A stretch of 64,000 bases of DNA from Thermoplasmatales archaeon (GCA_027310185.1 DAIDBH010000018.1:160001-224000); one strand, 5' to 3'; shown: positions 20,926 through 31,636, counted from the stretch's first letter. The notes: a model not told the origin generated them from the letters alone. Program-made: numbers and translations.

Positions 20926-21423
20926 TCAGTAAAACTGAAGTGCAACAGCTGCTATAGTTATGGCGATCATCAGTCCCAGTGTAATATAAGAAAGCATGTG
21001 AGACCATTTCCTCAGTTTTCTAAGTTCATCCATCCTTCCTTCTCTGGCCATCTTCATGATCCTCTTTCCGTGGTAGAGGTTGTTTCCATACATTATGAGG
21101 ATCATTGCACCCACGAGTACAATTTTCACCAGAAGAATGTTTCCTCCCTGCGTATTGAAAAGTGCAAAAAAATTGTAATTCAGATACCAGGTTGCATTAT
21201 ATATGCCTGTGAAAACCAGTATTATCAGGAAAACATTAGTAATCCAGGCGAACTGTTTTCCTATGAGCCCCACTATTCTCGTCCTTAGCTTCTCATCATC
21301 AGTTATCTTATACGAGGCAGGAATCACAACCACCCATATGAAAAAGGAACCTCCAACAAATATTATCGCTGAAAATATGTGCAGCCACAGAATTATTGTA
21401 TTAAATAAGGTCAAATCCATCAA
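20926..21423 (-). CDS. CopD-like membrane protein
   Basis: WLHIFSAIIFVGG, LVFTGIYN and LLVKIVLV resemble CopD-family TM motifs; SD GGAGTG. Confidence 0.7.
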   Translation of the reverse strand: MMDLTLFNTIILWLHIFSAIIFVGGSFFIWVVVIPASYKITDDEKLRTRIVGLIGKQFAWITNVFLIILVFTGIYNATWYLNYNFFALFNTQGGNILLVKIVLVGAMILIMYGNNLYHGKRIMKMAREGRMDELRKLRKWSHMLSYITLGLMIAITIAAVALQFY

Positions 21424-21462
21424 TTATCACTCCTTCTAATATAGATCTCCTGATATGTCATA

Positions 21463-21963
21463 TTACTGCTTAATTTTTGGTTTTTCTGCAGAGAGTATCT
21501 CTTTGATGACCTCATTGAGATTTGAAACCATTCTATCTATTGCCTCAGTATTTCCTGCTTTTTTAAGCACAAAGGCAACTTTCACCTGCCTTATAATTAC
21601 AGAGGCCATCATGTCTATTGCCTCATTCAGAATTGTAGTGTCTTCAATACTTGCGAGAACATCAGGAAACAGTAGATCCCTTCCCATGGACACCGCCAGC
21701 ATTCTTTCTCTTATATTTTCCCTGAAAAGGCGCAGATTTGAAACATACTTTTCGCCCTTTGACGTGAGATGATATACCTTTGCCCTTCCCCTCATTTCAT
21801 ATCTTATGAAGCCGTGATATTCAAGGGACTTTAGCAATGGTCTTATGGTGCCTCCCGAAACCATTGAACCATCCCATTTCAATTTTCTTGAAAGTTCATA
21901 ACCACTCATTGGTTTCAGCGAAAGAATGAAAAGTGCACTATCGGAATATTCTCCTAAATTCAT
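21463..21963 (-). CDS. PadR family transcriptional regulator
   Basis: PMSGYEL, GTIRPLLKSLE..GFI, KVYHLTSKG winged-helix motifs. Confidence 0.88.
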   Translation of the reverse strand: MNLGEYSDSALFILSLKPMSGYELSRKLKWDGSMVSGGTIRPLLKSLEYHGFIRYEMRGRAKVYHLTSKGEKYVSNLRLFRENIRERMLAVSMGRDLLFPDVLASIEDTTILNEAIDMMASVIIRQVKVAFVLKKAGNTEAIDRMVSNLNEVIKEILSAEKPKIKQ

Positions 21964-22022
21964 GTATCGAATTCGACATTTTGAATTTGTATTTAAGAAT
22001 AACTATGTATTTAAATTCAAAT
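21962..22022 (-). promoter_or_regulatory. padR promoter with two putative PadR boxes
   Basis: ATGT-N10-ACAT at 21962-21979 and ATGT-N10-AAAT at 22005-22022 flank a minus-strand TTAAATA box (21990-21996). Confidence 0.6.
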
Positions 22023-22129
22023 TATCTTTATAAACAATGTTATCAACACCAAATGTTTAATATATAAATTTATAAAAAAATTTGCCCAACTTCACGGACC
22101 CCTCTCATATTACCATGGTCATGATAATA

Positions 22130-23548
22130 TCAAACATATCCGCTCTCGACCATCCTGTATAAGCCATTCTTCCAGTGATCCTCCCTGAACAGAAACACAG
22201 CAAGGAAAATTCCTGCACCGAGTATTGTATATGGCAGTGATCCAACAAAAAAGGCTACAATGAAAAGTATAACTAGCATTATGAAAGAGACAGGAAGAAG
22301 GATGAATTGAGTCAGATTGTAAGTCGAAGGCAGAACATCCTCCTGCGTGATCTGGAATGTCTTCCTGTAAAATGACATGGAAAAACTGATGCCGCAATAT
22401 ATGGGGACAAGCAGGGCAAAAATCCATATGAATTCAAAGGAAAAAGGGATACCAAGTATGGCCAGAATGATGTTTGCTGTGATCATGGGAATGGACACAA
22501 AAAGTGCCTGTGTCATCTTGGCAAGTGCGGTGAGCTGCATATATCGTTCTACCGGAAAAGAGATAAAAGCCAGCCATGCCCTCTCCTTTGACAGAGTTCC
22601 CGTGCTGAGTCCAAGTGAAATTCCCCATGCTATGTAAATTTCAGGAAACAATATATAGAGAAGAGAATCAGATGCTACCTTTGAAAGAGTTCTCACATAA
22701 TAGAGCTGAAATATAACAAAGGCAACTCCCAGGAAGGTAGTTAGAAGTCCTATTGTGTAAATACTCACTCTATTTACCTTAACTCTTATATTTCCCATAC
22801 TTGCAGTTCTTGATGAGAAATCTACCTGTTTGAAATGCAGTTCAAAAACAGCGAGTGCAGGTTTTTTGCCTCTGAATTTAAAGAGGTCCTTAAATCCCTT
22901 TGACTTTGATGCCATAGCGGAAAGTTTGAATGGGAGAGATTCCTGGCTTATTGCCTTGAAGGAAACCCCTGTCGCAACAACTGTAACAATAATAAGAAAC
23001 ACTGACGACTCAAATAGATGGCCCGAAAGGAATGACAATGGTCCCAGTGGGAAACCCAGGTAAGATGAGATCACCCATAAGCCAGCGATAGCTGCGCCTC
23101 CAATTCTTGCAGGTCTTGGAGTACCTGCCATATTCAGGCTCATTGAAATTGGAAGGATGGCCATGCATATAATATCCACAACACCAACGAGTAGTGCTGT
23201 TTCATTACTCTTTAATACAATGAAAGAAGCAGAGGCGGCCGAAATGAAAATAAGAGATGAAGCAAGAGCCTGGGAGATGAAGAAGGCAGGAACGAGAACA
23301 TGATTGTCAATGGCAGATGTAAGAAGAAAGTCCCTGTCCGCAGATGTGGTTGATATACCACCTGTATATATGGCAGAAAGCAGAAACAGGAGAAAGAAAA
23401 ATGCAAGGTAATATGAGCCAAAGTTAGAAGTATCATCCAGTCCAAAATTTACAGTAAAAATGGAATATATGAAAATAAACAGTATTACAAGAAGGTAATT
23501 TCTTGAAAATCTTGACTTGATAAGAAGTTTCAGCACCTTAAGAAACAT
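22130..23548 (-). CDS. ABC transporter permease (putative exporter)
   Basis: Multi-TM 472 aa protein overlapping the ABC ATPase stop. Confidence 0.75.
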   Translation of the reverse strand: MFLKVLKLLIKSRFSRNYLLVILFIFIYSIFTVNFGLDDTSNFGSYYLAFFFLLFLLSAIYTGGISTTSADRDFLLTSAIDNHVLVPAFFISQALASSLIFISAASASFIVLKSNETALLVGVVDIICMAILPISMSLNMAGTPRPARIGGAAIAGLWVISSYLGFPLGPLSFLSGHLFESSVFLIIVTVVATGVSFKAISQESLPFKLSAMASKSKGFKDLFKFRGKKPALAVFELHFKQVDFSSRTASMGNIRVKVNRVSIYTIGLLTTFLGVAFVIFQLYYVRTLSKVASDSLLYILFPEIYIAWGISLGLSTGTLSKERAWLAFISFPVERYMQLTALAKMTQALFVSIPMITANIILAILGIPFSFEFIWIFALLVPIYCGISFSMSFYRKTFQITQEDVLPSTYNLTQFILLPVSFIMLVILFIVAFFVGSLPYTILGAGIFLAVFLFREDHWKNGLYRMVESGYV

Positions 23549-24284
23549 GTTTCATCAGTTCCGACACGATACTTTCTATGGTTTTTGTACCTTCCGTAAG
23601 GTCCTCAAGTTCAGAAATCTGTCCTTCCCATACCTTTTTTCCAGAGGACAGAATAATCACCTTGCTTGTCAATCTTCTCGCGATGGATAAGATGTGAGTT
23701 GACACTAGAAACGTTGCATTCATCTTCTCAAAATATTCGAATACCTTTTCCTGTGTTGGTATATCAAGATAATTCAACGGTTCATCCATGATTGCAAATC
23801 TCGGCTGATGAATAATCGAGAGAGCGAGGCACAGTTTTTGCCGGTTTCCTCTGGATAGTGTAAGAGGTTTCTGTTTCTCCATTTCCCTCAGATCGAGCAT
23901 ATCCAGGAAAAAATCTATTCTCTCCTGAAGATTCTCAGTTCTTCTAATTGTTCCTATGTATTCAAGATTCTCCCTGACAGAAAGATTCAGGTATGGACTT
24001 GCATCTTCTGGAAGATATCCAATGTATTTTTTCGCTTCAATTGAACTCGGCCTGTGGCCATATACTCTCACCAGACCACTATCAGGCTTCATCAAGCCAG
24101 AAATTATCCTGATTGTTGTTGATTTTCCTGCACCGTTTTCTCCAAGCAGAGCTACCCTTTCTCTATCTCTTATCTGAATATCTACGCCATCAACAGCCTT
24201 AATAGTTCCGAATGTTTTTACAACTGATTCCATCCTGAGCGCGATTAATGAATCTTCAGAATCCATCTGATTTTCCTGTAGCAT
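23538..24284 (-). CDS. ABC transporter ATP-binding protein
   Basis: GENGAGKST, LSRGNRQK, MDEP and STH motifs. Confidence 0.93.
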   Translation of the reverse strand: MLQENQMDSEDSLIALRMESVVKTFGTIKAVDGVDIQIRDRERVALLGENGAGKSTTIRIISGLMKPDSGLVRVYGHRPSSIEAKKYIGYLPEDASPYLNLSVRENLEYIGTIRRTENLQERIDFFLDMLDLREMEKQKPLTLSRGNRQKLCLALSIIHQPRFAIMDEPLNYLDIPTQEKVFEYFEKMNATFLVSTHILSIARRLTSKVIILSSGKKVWEGQISELEDLTEGTKTIESIVSELMKHVS

Positions 24285-24360
24285 CAGTTTCCTATCACGC
24301 GCATTTAAATAAATATTTTGTGGGAATTAATAGGAAGTGATAGAAATTCACAATGAAATT

Positions 24361-25632
24361 TCATGTGCCGTCAATCTGAACTATTTCTGCACTTCTGAAG
24401 TCATTTTCATAACCATATATTTCTCTGAATAGAAGCACTGAAACCAAAAGGCCGGTAGCTGGTGCCACGGCCAGTATTATTGTAGATAGCCCTATTCCTA
24501 TTATGCCAGCTACCAAGGGGAAAATGGTTATGGAAAGAAAAGCAGGAAGCTCTGAAATGAAGTTGGAAAAACCTGTTGCCCTACCACGGTACAGTGGATC
24601 TGATATCAGGGACTGTGATGTCAATACGGGTTGATTGTTCCAGTGATTTCCCCACACAAAAAGTATCATGAACATTGGCACTATTAAATAATCTCCATAG
24701 ATGATAAATATTCCAGTCCCTATAAGTGAGATCAGCGTGATTGAATACCCATATATGCTCAGGTTTTTTAGTCCTATTTTCGGCAGGAATCTTGGTCCCA
24801 GAACACCTGCTGGAAGACCAAAGGAATAAATAAAGACGATCAGGAATCGCTGATCTATGATACTGGAAATCCTGAAGTTAGATATCATGAGTGGGATAAA
24901 GAATGCAAATGTTCCAACTTCAACCGAACTTGCTATGCCGGAGATCCAGCTGAACTTTGTGGTTCTCCATTTCAAGCTGTCACTCCTTAGCTGCCTTAGA
25001 AATTCAAAATAGCGAACGTTTCTGCGTTCATCAGATTTATTCCAGTAGGGGCTCTCCTTAAGGGTCCTCGATACCAGTAAAGCTATGATGGCCGGGATAG
25101 CTGATATTCCCATTGACAGTCTCCATATTGCACTGTAATCAACATTGCCAAAGAGTAAGAATAGAATCAGGAAATTTATAACCATAATGGCAAGGCTTGC
25201 CATGAGGGTATTCTTAACCCCTGTGATTTCTCTGTCTCCTCTGCTCATAGCATCCATGATAAAGCAATAACAATTTGCCAGGTCAGACCCAACTGCAATT
25301 CCAGCTATAAATCTCAAAATGATAAATACGGTCTGGTCAGGTGAAATTGCAGAACCGAGATCAGCTAGAATGAATATAATCATGTTGTAGATGAAGACCT
25401 TTTTCCTCCCAATTCTGTCTGAAAGGATTCCACCTACCATGGAACCAGCCGCTGCGCCACCTATTATGGCTCCGCTTGCAAGGCCAAATATCAAATTTGT
25501 CCTGATGAAAGAATTCTTTATAAAAAAATTGGACATTGGAACTACAAAGACATTCCACTGATCCACAAACAGAGAAAGAAGCATCAGAGTTGCAACCGTA
25601 CTTTTATCATTTTTATTGATTAATTTCTCCAT
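24361..25632 (-). CDS. MFS transporter (sugar-porter-like)
   Basis: GILSDRIGRKK, LRFIAGIAVG, ESPYW and YRGRATG motifs. Confidence 0.9.
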   Translation of the reverse strand: MEKLINKNDKSTVATLMLLSLFVDQWNVFVVPMSNFFIKNSFIRTNLIFGLASGAIIGGAAAGSMVGGILSDRIGRKKVFIYNMIIFILADLGSAISPDQTVFIILRFIAGIAVGSDLANCYCFIMDAMSRGDREITGVKNTLMASLAIMVINFLILFLLFGNVDYSAIWRLSMGISAIPAIIALLVSRTLKESPYWNKSDERRNVRYFEFLRQLRSDSLKWRTTKFSWISGIASSVEVGTFAFFIPLMISNFRISSIIDQRFLIVFIYSFGLPAGVLGPRFLPKIGLKNLSIYGYSITLISLIGTGIFIIYGDYLIVPMFMILFVWGNHWNNQPVLTSQSLISDPLYRGRATGFSNFISELPAFLSITIFPLVAGIIGIGLSTIILAVAPATGLLVSVLLFREIYGYENDFRSAEIVQIDGT

Positions 25633-25813
25633 AAATCCAATTTTATGATTATTTGATCCCTAATAAACTTGAAGTAATAATATATTATGGGGTTAGTCTG
25701 AGGCATTTCTCCTCACAGATACACAGGGTGCTCTTTCTACAGAATATTATACAGTATGATGAGTCAGTAACAAAGAAAGGTAAAATACCTGTATTAGAAC
25801 CCAATCACTTATC

Positions 25814-26752
25814 ATGTTGCCAGATAGGAAAAAAATATTGAACAATCCTGTAAAGGATGAAAAAATAACAAAAAACACAACACTTGGTGAGCTGATTTCG
25901 CAGTTTCTGGAATCTGGGGGTTTCACATCATCAAAAATCGGAGTGGCCTACGAGATTCTGAAGGAAATGGTTGAAGAGGAAAACACAACATTCCTTTCAT
26001 TCCCAGCGGACATAATATCTACCGGCACAAGGGGAATCATCAACGAAATGGTCAAGAGAAAGATGGTTGATGTAATAATTACAACATGTGGAACACTTGA
26101 TCACGACATAGCCCGGTCTTTCAGGGATTATTATTGCGGTTCCTTCGACTATAACGACAGGGAACTGAAAGACCTTGGAATAAACAGGCTTGGCAGTGTT
26201 GTAATTCCAGATGAAAGCTACGGGGAGATCATGGAAGAGTTCATGCAGAAAGAGCTCGAGAAGTTATATGGAGAGAATAAGAAGTGGACTACATGGAAAC
26301 TCATAGAAAAAATCGGAAGCGCGATAAAAAATGATGACTCCATACTTTATAATGCGGCTAAAAATCATATTCCGATCTTTGTTCCAGGAATAACCGATGG
26401 TTCCTTCGGATCCCAGCTATGGTCTTTCAAGGAAATGAATCCCGACTTCATGATTGATGTTCTCCAGGATGAACACGATCTATCAGACATAATCTTTGAT
26501 GCAAAGAAGACAGGGGCGCTCATGATCGGTGGAGGGATTTCAAAGCATCACACCATATGGTGGAACCAGTTCAGGGGTGGCCTTGACTCTGCAATTTACA
26601 TTACAACCGCTCAGGAATATGACGGATCCCTATCCGGAGCTAAACTTGAGGAAGCCATATCATGGAAAAAGGTAAAGCCAGATGCCAGGTTTGTAAACGT
26701 TTATGGGGATATTACTGCTTTATTGCCCTTGCTCGTGGGGCCATTACTGTAG
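25814..26752 (+). CDS. dys: Deoxyhypusine synthase
   Basis: GINRLG, GGGISKHH, DGSLSGAKLEEAISWKK. Confidence 0.95.
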   Translation: MLPDRKKILNNPVKDEKITKNTTLGELISQFLESGGFTSSKIGVAYEILKEMVEEENTTFLSFPADIISTGTRGIINEMVKRKMVDVIITTCGTLDHDIARSFRDYYCGSFDYNDRELKDLGINRLGSVVIPDESYGEIMEEFMQKELEKLYGENKKWTTWKLIEKIGSAIKNDDSILYNAAKNHIPIFVPGITDGSFGSQLWSFKEMNPDFMIDVLQDEHDLSDIIFDAKKTGALMIGGGISKHHTIWWNQFRGGLDSAIYITTAQEYDGSLSGAKLEEAISWKKVKPDARFVNVYGDITALLPLLVGPLL

Positions 26753-26875
26753 GATAATTCTCAGTAAAACAACTGGAATACACATCTACCAGCCAGTGTA
26801 TCAATTTTAGAATAAATTGAGTCAAAGACGAATGACATCTTTTATTAACAACATTTTTTTAACATCATATGATTC

Positions 26876-27178
26876 GTGATCATGTTGGATAAACCATGGG
26901 TAGAGGAGAAGAAGCTTAAGGAGTACATTTTACAGAACAGATCATATAACCTTTTTGAGAATAAGGATAATACTGTAGAACTCAGGTTTTCCCCGGAAAT
27001 GCCAGAAGCACAGGCCCATCTTCCAAACGGTCAGCCAGTTGAACACATCATGAAGGGCATAAAAGAGGATGGAAAGATATATTTCCTCTCATTCCGGACA
27101 ATCAGCTCCATAGGAGAAACAGAAACCCAGCTGGAAGGAGAGGATGATCCCATAATGCTCTGGTTGCAGTTTATCTGA
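26876..27178 (+). CDS. Hypothetical protein
   Basis: 100 aa ORF with host-like composition; no family recognised. Confidence 0.65.
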   Translation: MIMLDKPWVEEKKLKEYILQNRSYNLFENKDNTVELRFSPEMPEAQAHLPNGQPVEHIMKGIKEDGKIYFLSFRTISSIGETETQLEGEDDPIMLWLQFI

Positions 27179-27402
27179 AATCTTCTCCATCCCAATCAAT
27201 TAGAGGTTTCTGATTCATGGAGTGGCAAACTCTATGCTGCCATTTGAGAGTCCTGACAGTGTAATCCTTTTCAAAGGCATGGAATTTGTAATCTCCTTTC
27301 TTGCTTTTACTGCTTTGTTTTATACTCACATAAATGCATTTGCTTCTGTTGAGGGAAGTCAGTTTATCCTTATGATGGAGCATTGAAGTTTTACTGCCTC
27401 AT

Positions 27403-28632
27403 TCAAACACCTAACGACATCATGAATCTTTTCAATCTCAGGTTGAACATGTAAAGTATCATAGAAAGGGTCATGGCAATTAGCATAATTATTCCGGTAA
27501 TAGTTATTAGAACAGATGGGCCTACAAATTCAATTGAAACAGTAAAAACAAGAAGCAATACGAGTCTTGTTATGTTGCTAAACAATTCTATTCCCGCGTA
27601 GAATCTTCCAGAATACTCACCGGAAATGCCATTCATGATCAGGGTATTTCTACTTATCCTATTTCCAGGGTTTCCAATTCCATGTGTGGACTGAAAACCA
27701 ATATACATGGCAAAACTTGTGGAAGACGGAATAAGAAAGCATCCCAGGGTAAAGATAAGCATAAAGAGATAGACGTGCTTCAGACTGAATTTCATTCCCA
27801 ACACAGAGAGTATGGCTCCAGTTGAAATTCCAAGCGCGGAATACGTGATCTCTGAAAAAGAAATTCCAGTTGCGTTTCCATGAAGGACATTCACAATGAA
27901 GATGGGCTTTAGAAAATTACCGAGTGTTGTAACTATAAAGGTAAAATTCAGTAAATAGAAAAAGAAAACTATTGAAAAATTTTTCCGAACGAAGGTGAGG
28001 GAACCTTCTCTTCGCTTGCTCAGTGTGTCTCCAGTTTTCGCAGGAGAGAAATTTTCCCTCAACCCTCTGAGGAACATCATGCTAATAATAATGAAAGGAA
28101 CCTGAATTATTAAGGAGAATCTAGGTCCTAATAAAGAGAGAACCGGTATAGCAATGGAAGCGCCGATCACTGTAGGAAGCTGACCTGAAATCTCCGCAAT
28201 CGAATTGCTCAATCCATATTTTTTATCGGTAATTATGGTCTGTTGAATCGACCTCAAGATAGAAAAGAATATCCCCTCTGTGAGATCAATAATCACAAAT
28301 ATGACGGGAATAATCAGGTGAACGAGCTTTGCATCTGAATTCCAGATGATCGAGCCGGAGATTGAAATACTTATCCAGAGAAGCAGATTCGTATTCAGTA
28401 TTGTCTTTCTATGATATCTATCCATCAGGCTTCCTATTTTAGGTCCGGAAAATATTCCTATAAAAATAGATAACATCATTATTGAACCAAGTTCAAGTTT
28501 TCCTGTCTCCGAACTGCTAAGGTAAAGAAGCGAATATATCTGGAATGGACCGAGGGAGGAAAGGGAAAGAACCTTTATGAGATTGAATCTTAGAAGAACC
28601 TTTCCATCTGAATATGAATTCCGAGTTATCAT
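27403..28632 (-). CDS. MFS transporter
   Basis: GSLMDRYHRK motif A; about 12 TMs. Confidence 0.85.
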   Translation of the reverse strand: MITRNSYSDGKVLLRFNLIKVLSLSSLGPFQIYSLLYLSSSETGKLELGSIMMLSIFIGIFSGPKIGSLMDRYHRKTILNTNLLLWISISISGSIIWNSDAKLVHLIIPVIFVIIDLTEGIFFSILRSIQQTIITDKKYGLSNSIAEISGQLPTVIGASIAIPVLSLLGPRFSLIIQVPFIIISMMFLRGLRENFSPAKTGDTLSKRREGSLTFVRKNFSIVFFFYLLNFTFIVTTLGNFLKPIFIVNVLHGNATGISFSEITYSALGISTGAILSVLGMKFSLKHVYLFMLIFTLGCFLIPSSTSFAMYIGFQSTHGIGNPGNRISRNTLIMNGISGEYSGRFYAGIELFSNITRLVLLLVFTVSIEFVGPSVLITITGIIMLIAMTLSMILYMFNLRLKRFMMSLGV

Positions 28633-28672
28633 AGGGAAATATGAGAAAGCTAATTATAAACAATATATATTA

Positions 28673-28690
28673 TAAAGTTTACAAACTTTA
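28673..28690. promoter_or_regulatory. Palindromic operator in a divergent promoter
   Basis: TAAAGTTT-AC-AAACTTTA between the MFS and HTH regulator starts. Confidence 0.55.
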
Positions 28691-28731
28691 ACATAAGTAA
28701 AGTATATTTTGTATGTGGTAATCCTTAAAAC

Positions 28732-29343
28732 ATGGATACAAGAACAGAGATTCAACTCCTACTTGAAAGAGAACCCAGACTGAGTATCCAGGAAATGGCT
28801 GATCGCATTGGGCTATCTAAAATGGCAGTTCTGAAACACATAGAAATTCTTGAAAATGCGGGAATAGTCGAAAGGACTATTTTCAAGGCAAAAGTTGGAA
28901 GACCATTCTACAGATACAGCCTGGTAGAGAACAATACAGACCAGCTTGTAAATTCAGACAGCCAAATGTTACAGTCCCTGTTGGATTATCTTTTGGAAAG
29001 TGGAAACGAAGTTCTACTCAATTCTTTTCTTGAAAATAGACAGAAAATAATTCTATCAAACTATAGAGAAAAACTAAGGGATGTGAAGGATGAGGACAAA
29101 CTCCTGAAGCTTGCTGCTCTGAGGAAGGTGGATAATTATTTTCCTGAAATCAGGAAGATTGATGATTCAACTTCAGCACTGATAGAACTAAACTGCCCGG
29201 TACTTAAAATTGCAATGAAGAATGGAAAAGCGTGCACACTTGAAAACAGAATGTTTGCTGCACTGCTTGACGCAGATGTCGAATCATTGCATAAAAAAAT
29301 CGACGGAAATGGAGCCTGCAGGTTTATAATACGAAAGCGATGA
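28732..29343 (+). CDS. HTH transcriptional regulator (SufR-like, Cys-containing C-terminal domain)
   Basis: N-terminal HTH with GRP wing; ELNCP...ACTLE...GACRF Cys triad. Confidence 0.82.
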   Translation: MDTRTEIQLLLEREPRLSIQEMADRIGLSKMAVLKHIEILENAGIVERTIFKAKVGRPFYRYSLVENNTDQLVNSDSQMLQSLLDYLLESGNEVLLNSFLENRQKIILSNYREKLRDVKDEDKLLKLAALRKVDNYFPEIRKIDDSTSALIELNCPVLKIAMKNGKACTLENRMFAALLDADVESLHKKIDGNGACRFIIRKR

Positions 29344-29482
29344 ACTGAAGAAATTGATGATATATCCCTAACTGTCCTAAAAATAATATATAACTAACTT
29401 CTCACATAGTAAATTACCAAAAGAAACTCATAATTAATCAAAAAACATTTCTTGGCAACAGGGGACTAAACTTTTTGAAGTG

Positions 29483-29555
29483 TGCCGTGAGCCGGGATTG
29501 AACCAGCGACCTCCAGATCTTCAGTCTGGCGCTCTCCCAACTGAGCTATCACGGC
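29483..29555 (-). tRNA. tRNA-Phe(GAA), CCA not encoded
   Basis: GCCGTGATAGCTCAG...CCAGA-CTGAAGA-TCTGG...GGTTCAATCC...TCACGGCA cloverleaf. Confidence 0.95.
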
Positions 29556-29662
29556 TGTAGTACGGGAATACTGTCACTTTATTTAAATCTTTAAGGGATT
29601 TTCTGGAATTCAAGAAGTAGTTGAAAGCCAAATCATTTATTCTTATTAGTATTTACTCAAAC

Positions 29663-30028
29663 ATGATCCCGGGAAAAATGAATTCAAGGGAAGTAAAAAG
29701 AATGATGCAACAGATGGGAATCAAACAGGTCGAATATCCTGATGTTAAAAGGGTTGTCATGGAAGCTGGAGAAAAAAACTACATTATAGAGAATCCCCAG
29801 GTAGTAGCAATAGAAGCTCAGGGACAGAAATCATTCCAGATAACTGGTACCCTGAAAGAAATAGCCGGGAAGAAAAAGGAAGTAGCAAAAGAAGGATCAG
29901 AATTTCCCGAAGAAGACATAAAACTTGTAATGGACCAAACGTCAGTTTCAAGGGAAAAGGCAATCGAGGCCTTGAAGAAAGCTGAGGGTCAGCCAGCAGA
30001 TGCAATAATGAGTCTGATGTCCAATTAA
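29663..30028 (+). CDS. nac: Nascent polypeptide-associated complex protein
   Basis: MMQQMGIK, IENPQV and C-terminal UBA-like EEDIKLVMDQT; start trimmed to MIPGKM. Confidence 0.93.
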   Translation: MIPGKMNSREVKRMMQQMGIKQVEYPDVKRVVMEAGEKNYIIENPQVVAIEAQGQKSFQITGTLKEIAGKKKEVAKEGSEFPEEDIKLVMDQTSVSREKAIEALKKAEGQPADAIMSLMSN

Positions 30029-30029
30029 C

Positions 30030-31364
30030 ATGGATTATAAAGAACTCTTGAAAAAATACAAGCTTTCAAGCGATGAAAGGGCATATAGAGAAGCTCTGAT
30101 AAGCAATGTAATTCAGAAAATAAATGAGATAATTGAGGATATGAATCTTGAAGCTTCCCCTGTGCTCGTTGGTTCGTCTGCCAGAGGTACATCGCTTAAG
30201 AACAGTGATATAGATATATTCATACGATTCTCTACAGAATATGATAAGAAGCAGCTTGAACGGTACGGTCTTGATATAGGATTCAAGGTGATCAGTGACG
30301 GAGTGGCGAAATATGCCGAGCATCCATATGTATCAGGTTTTGTTGACAACATAAAGATTGACATAGTTCCATGCTACAGGATGAAAATGGGGGAGAGAAC
30401 AAAGTCATCAGTTGACAGAACACCACTGCATACAGAATTTCTGAATTCTGTCATGAATGATGAAGAGCGGGATCAGGCAATTATTCTGAAACTATTTCTC
30501 AAGAGAATTGGAGTTTATGGTTCTGAACTAAGAACAGAAGGATTTTCAGGATATGTTTCAGAGCTATGTATCCACTACTTCAATACCTTTGAAAATTTCC
30601 TGAGGTTTGTATGCAATTCAAGAGGTCAGCTTGTCATAGGGCCTAAATTATCAGAATTCAATTCACCGGTAATACTTATGGATCCGGTTGATAGTAATAG
30701 AAATGCGGCTTCCGCAGTGAGCAAGAAGTCTCTGTCCATTCTGAGAATTGCATCTTCACTTTATCTTGAAACTCCCGATCCAGGGTTTATAGATCCCGAG
30801 AATATTTACATTGTCGACCGGGAAATTCATGACAGAAAAACTTACCTCATCATGCTGGAACTGAAGAAACCAAACATAATTGACGATATTCTTTATCCCC
30901 AGATAGAGTTGATGAAGAGGAATCTTGGCAATTTTGCAGAGCGGGAAGATTTTACTGTTATGAACACCTTCAGTTCAGTCAACGAGAAGACTATCCAGGT
31001 ACTTCTGGAACTGCAAACTGGTTCACTACCAGCTGTAAAAATTCATGAGGGACCTCCTGCAGATAATCCAAATGCCCTGAAATTCTACGAAAAATATAAG
31101 ACAGATTCAAAGGTTTCAAGAGGTCCATATGTGAAAAATGACCGGATATATGTGGAGTTGAAAAGGGATGAAACTGACTTCAGGATCATCCTGAAAAGTG
31201 AATTAAAAAGTATAAATTTTGGTCACAATCTCAATCTTCTTAAAGAAACAAGTAGAACCTATACTTCAAAGAAGAAAATTATGTCTTCAGCGGTATACAG
31301 GAATTTCATGTCAGTCTGCGAGCCACCAGATTTATCCACCAGAAAAAATCTCGAGAAACAGTAG
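30030..31364 (+). CDS. cca: CCA-adding enzyme (class I)
   Basis: VGSSARGT..SDIDIF, YAEHPY, VDRTPLH, GFSGY and DPVD motifs. Confidence 0.95.
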   Translation: MDYKELLKKYKLSSDERAYREALISNVIQKINEIIEDMNLEASPVLVGSSARGTSLKNSDIDIFIRFSTEYDKKQLERYGLDIGFKVISDGVAKYAEHPYVSGFVDNIKIDIVPCYRMKMGERTKSSVDRTPLHTEFLNSVMNDEERDQAIILKLFLKRIGVYGSELRTEGFSGYVSELCIHYFNTFENFLRFVCNSRGQLVIGPKLSEFNSPVILMDPVDSNRNAASAVSKKSLSILRIASSLYLETPDPGFIDPENIYIVDREIHDRKTYLIMLELKKPNIIDDILYPQIELMKRNLGNFAEREDFTVMNTFSSVNEKTIQVLLELQTGSLPAVKIHEGPPADNPNALKFYEKYKTDSKVSRGPYVKNDRIYVELKRDETDFRIILKSELKSINFGHNLNLLKETSRTYTSKKKIMSSAVYRNFMSVCEPPDLSTRKNLEKQ

Positions 31365-31526
31365 ATCCTGATCCGGAGATACAATAACGTCCTTCGTCAC
31401 AGGAGTTCCATTGAGCAAATATACAAATCTTTCGTCTGATATTCCGAGCCTTTCCATTACGTCGCCTACGGAACATGATTGTTCCAGTTTCTCTGATCTG
31501 CTTTGCCTTCCAACAATTCTTATCAT
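31332..31526 (-). CDS. ThiS/MoaD/SAMP ubiquitin-like protein
   Basis: 64 aa, LLNG motif, C-terminal diglycine (IFSGG); SD GAGGT upstream. Confidence 0.88.
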   Translation of the reverse strand: MIRIVGRQSRSEKLEQSCSVGDVMERLGISDERFVYLLNGTPVTKDVIVSPDQDLLFLEIFSGG

Positions 31527-31537
31527 GTCAACCTCGA

Positions 31538-31610
31538 TAGCCCCGGGCAGATTCGAACTGCCGTCATCGGATCCAAAGTCCGGTATGCTTGGCCACTACA
31601 CCACGGAGCT
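31538..31610 (-). tRNA. tRNA-Gln(UUG), CCA not encoded
   Basis: AGCTCCG/CGGGGCT acceptor with archaeal Gln A1-U72, anticodon loop CTTTGGA, GGCAG-TTCGAAT-CTGCC T arm. Confidence 0.94.
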
Positions 31611-31636
31611 AAGCTATCTTTAAAATAATAAAAAAA

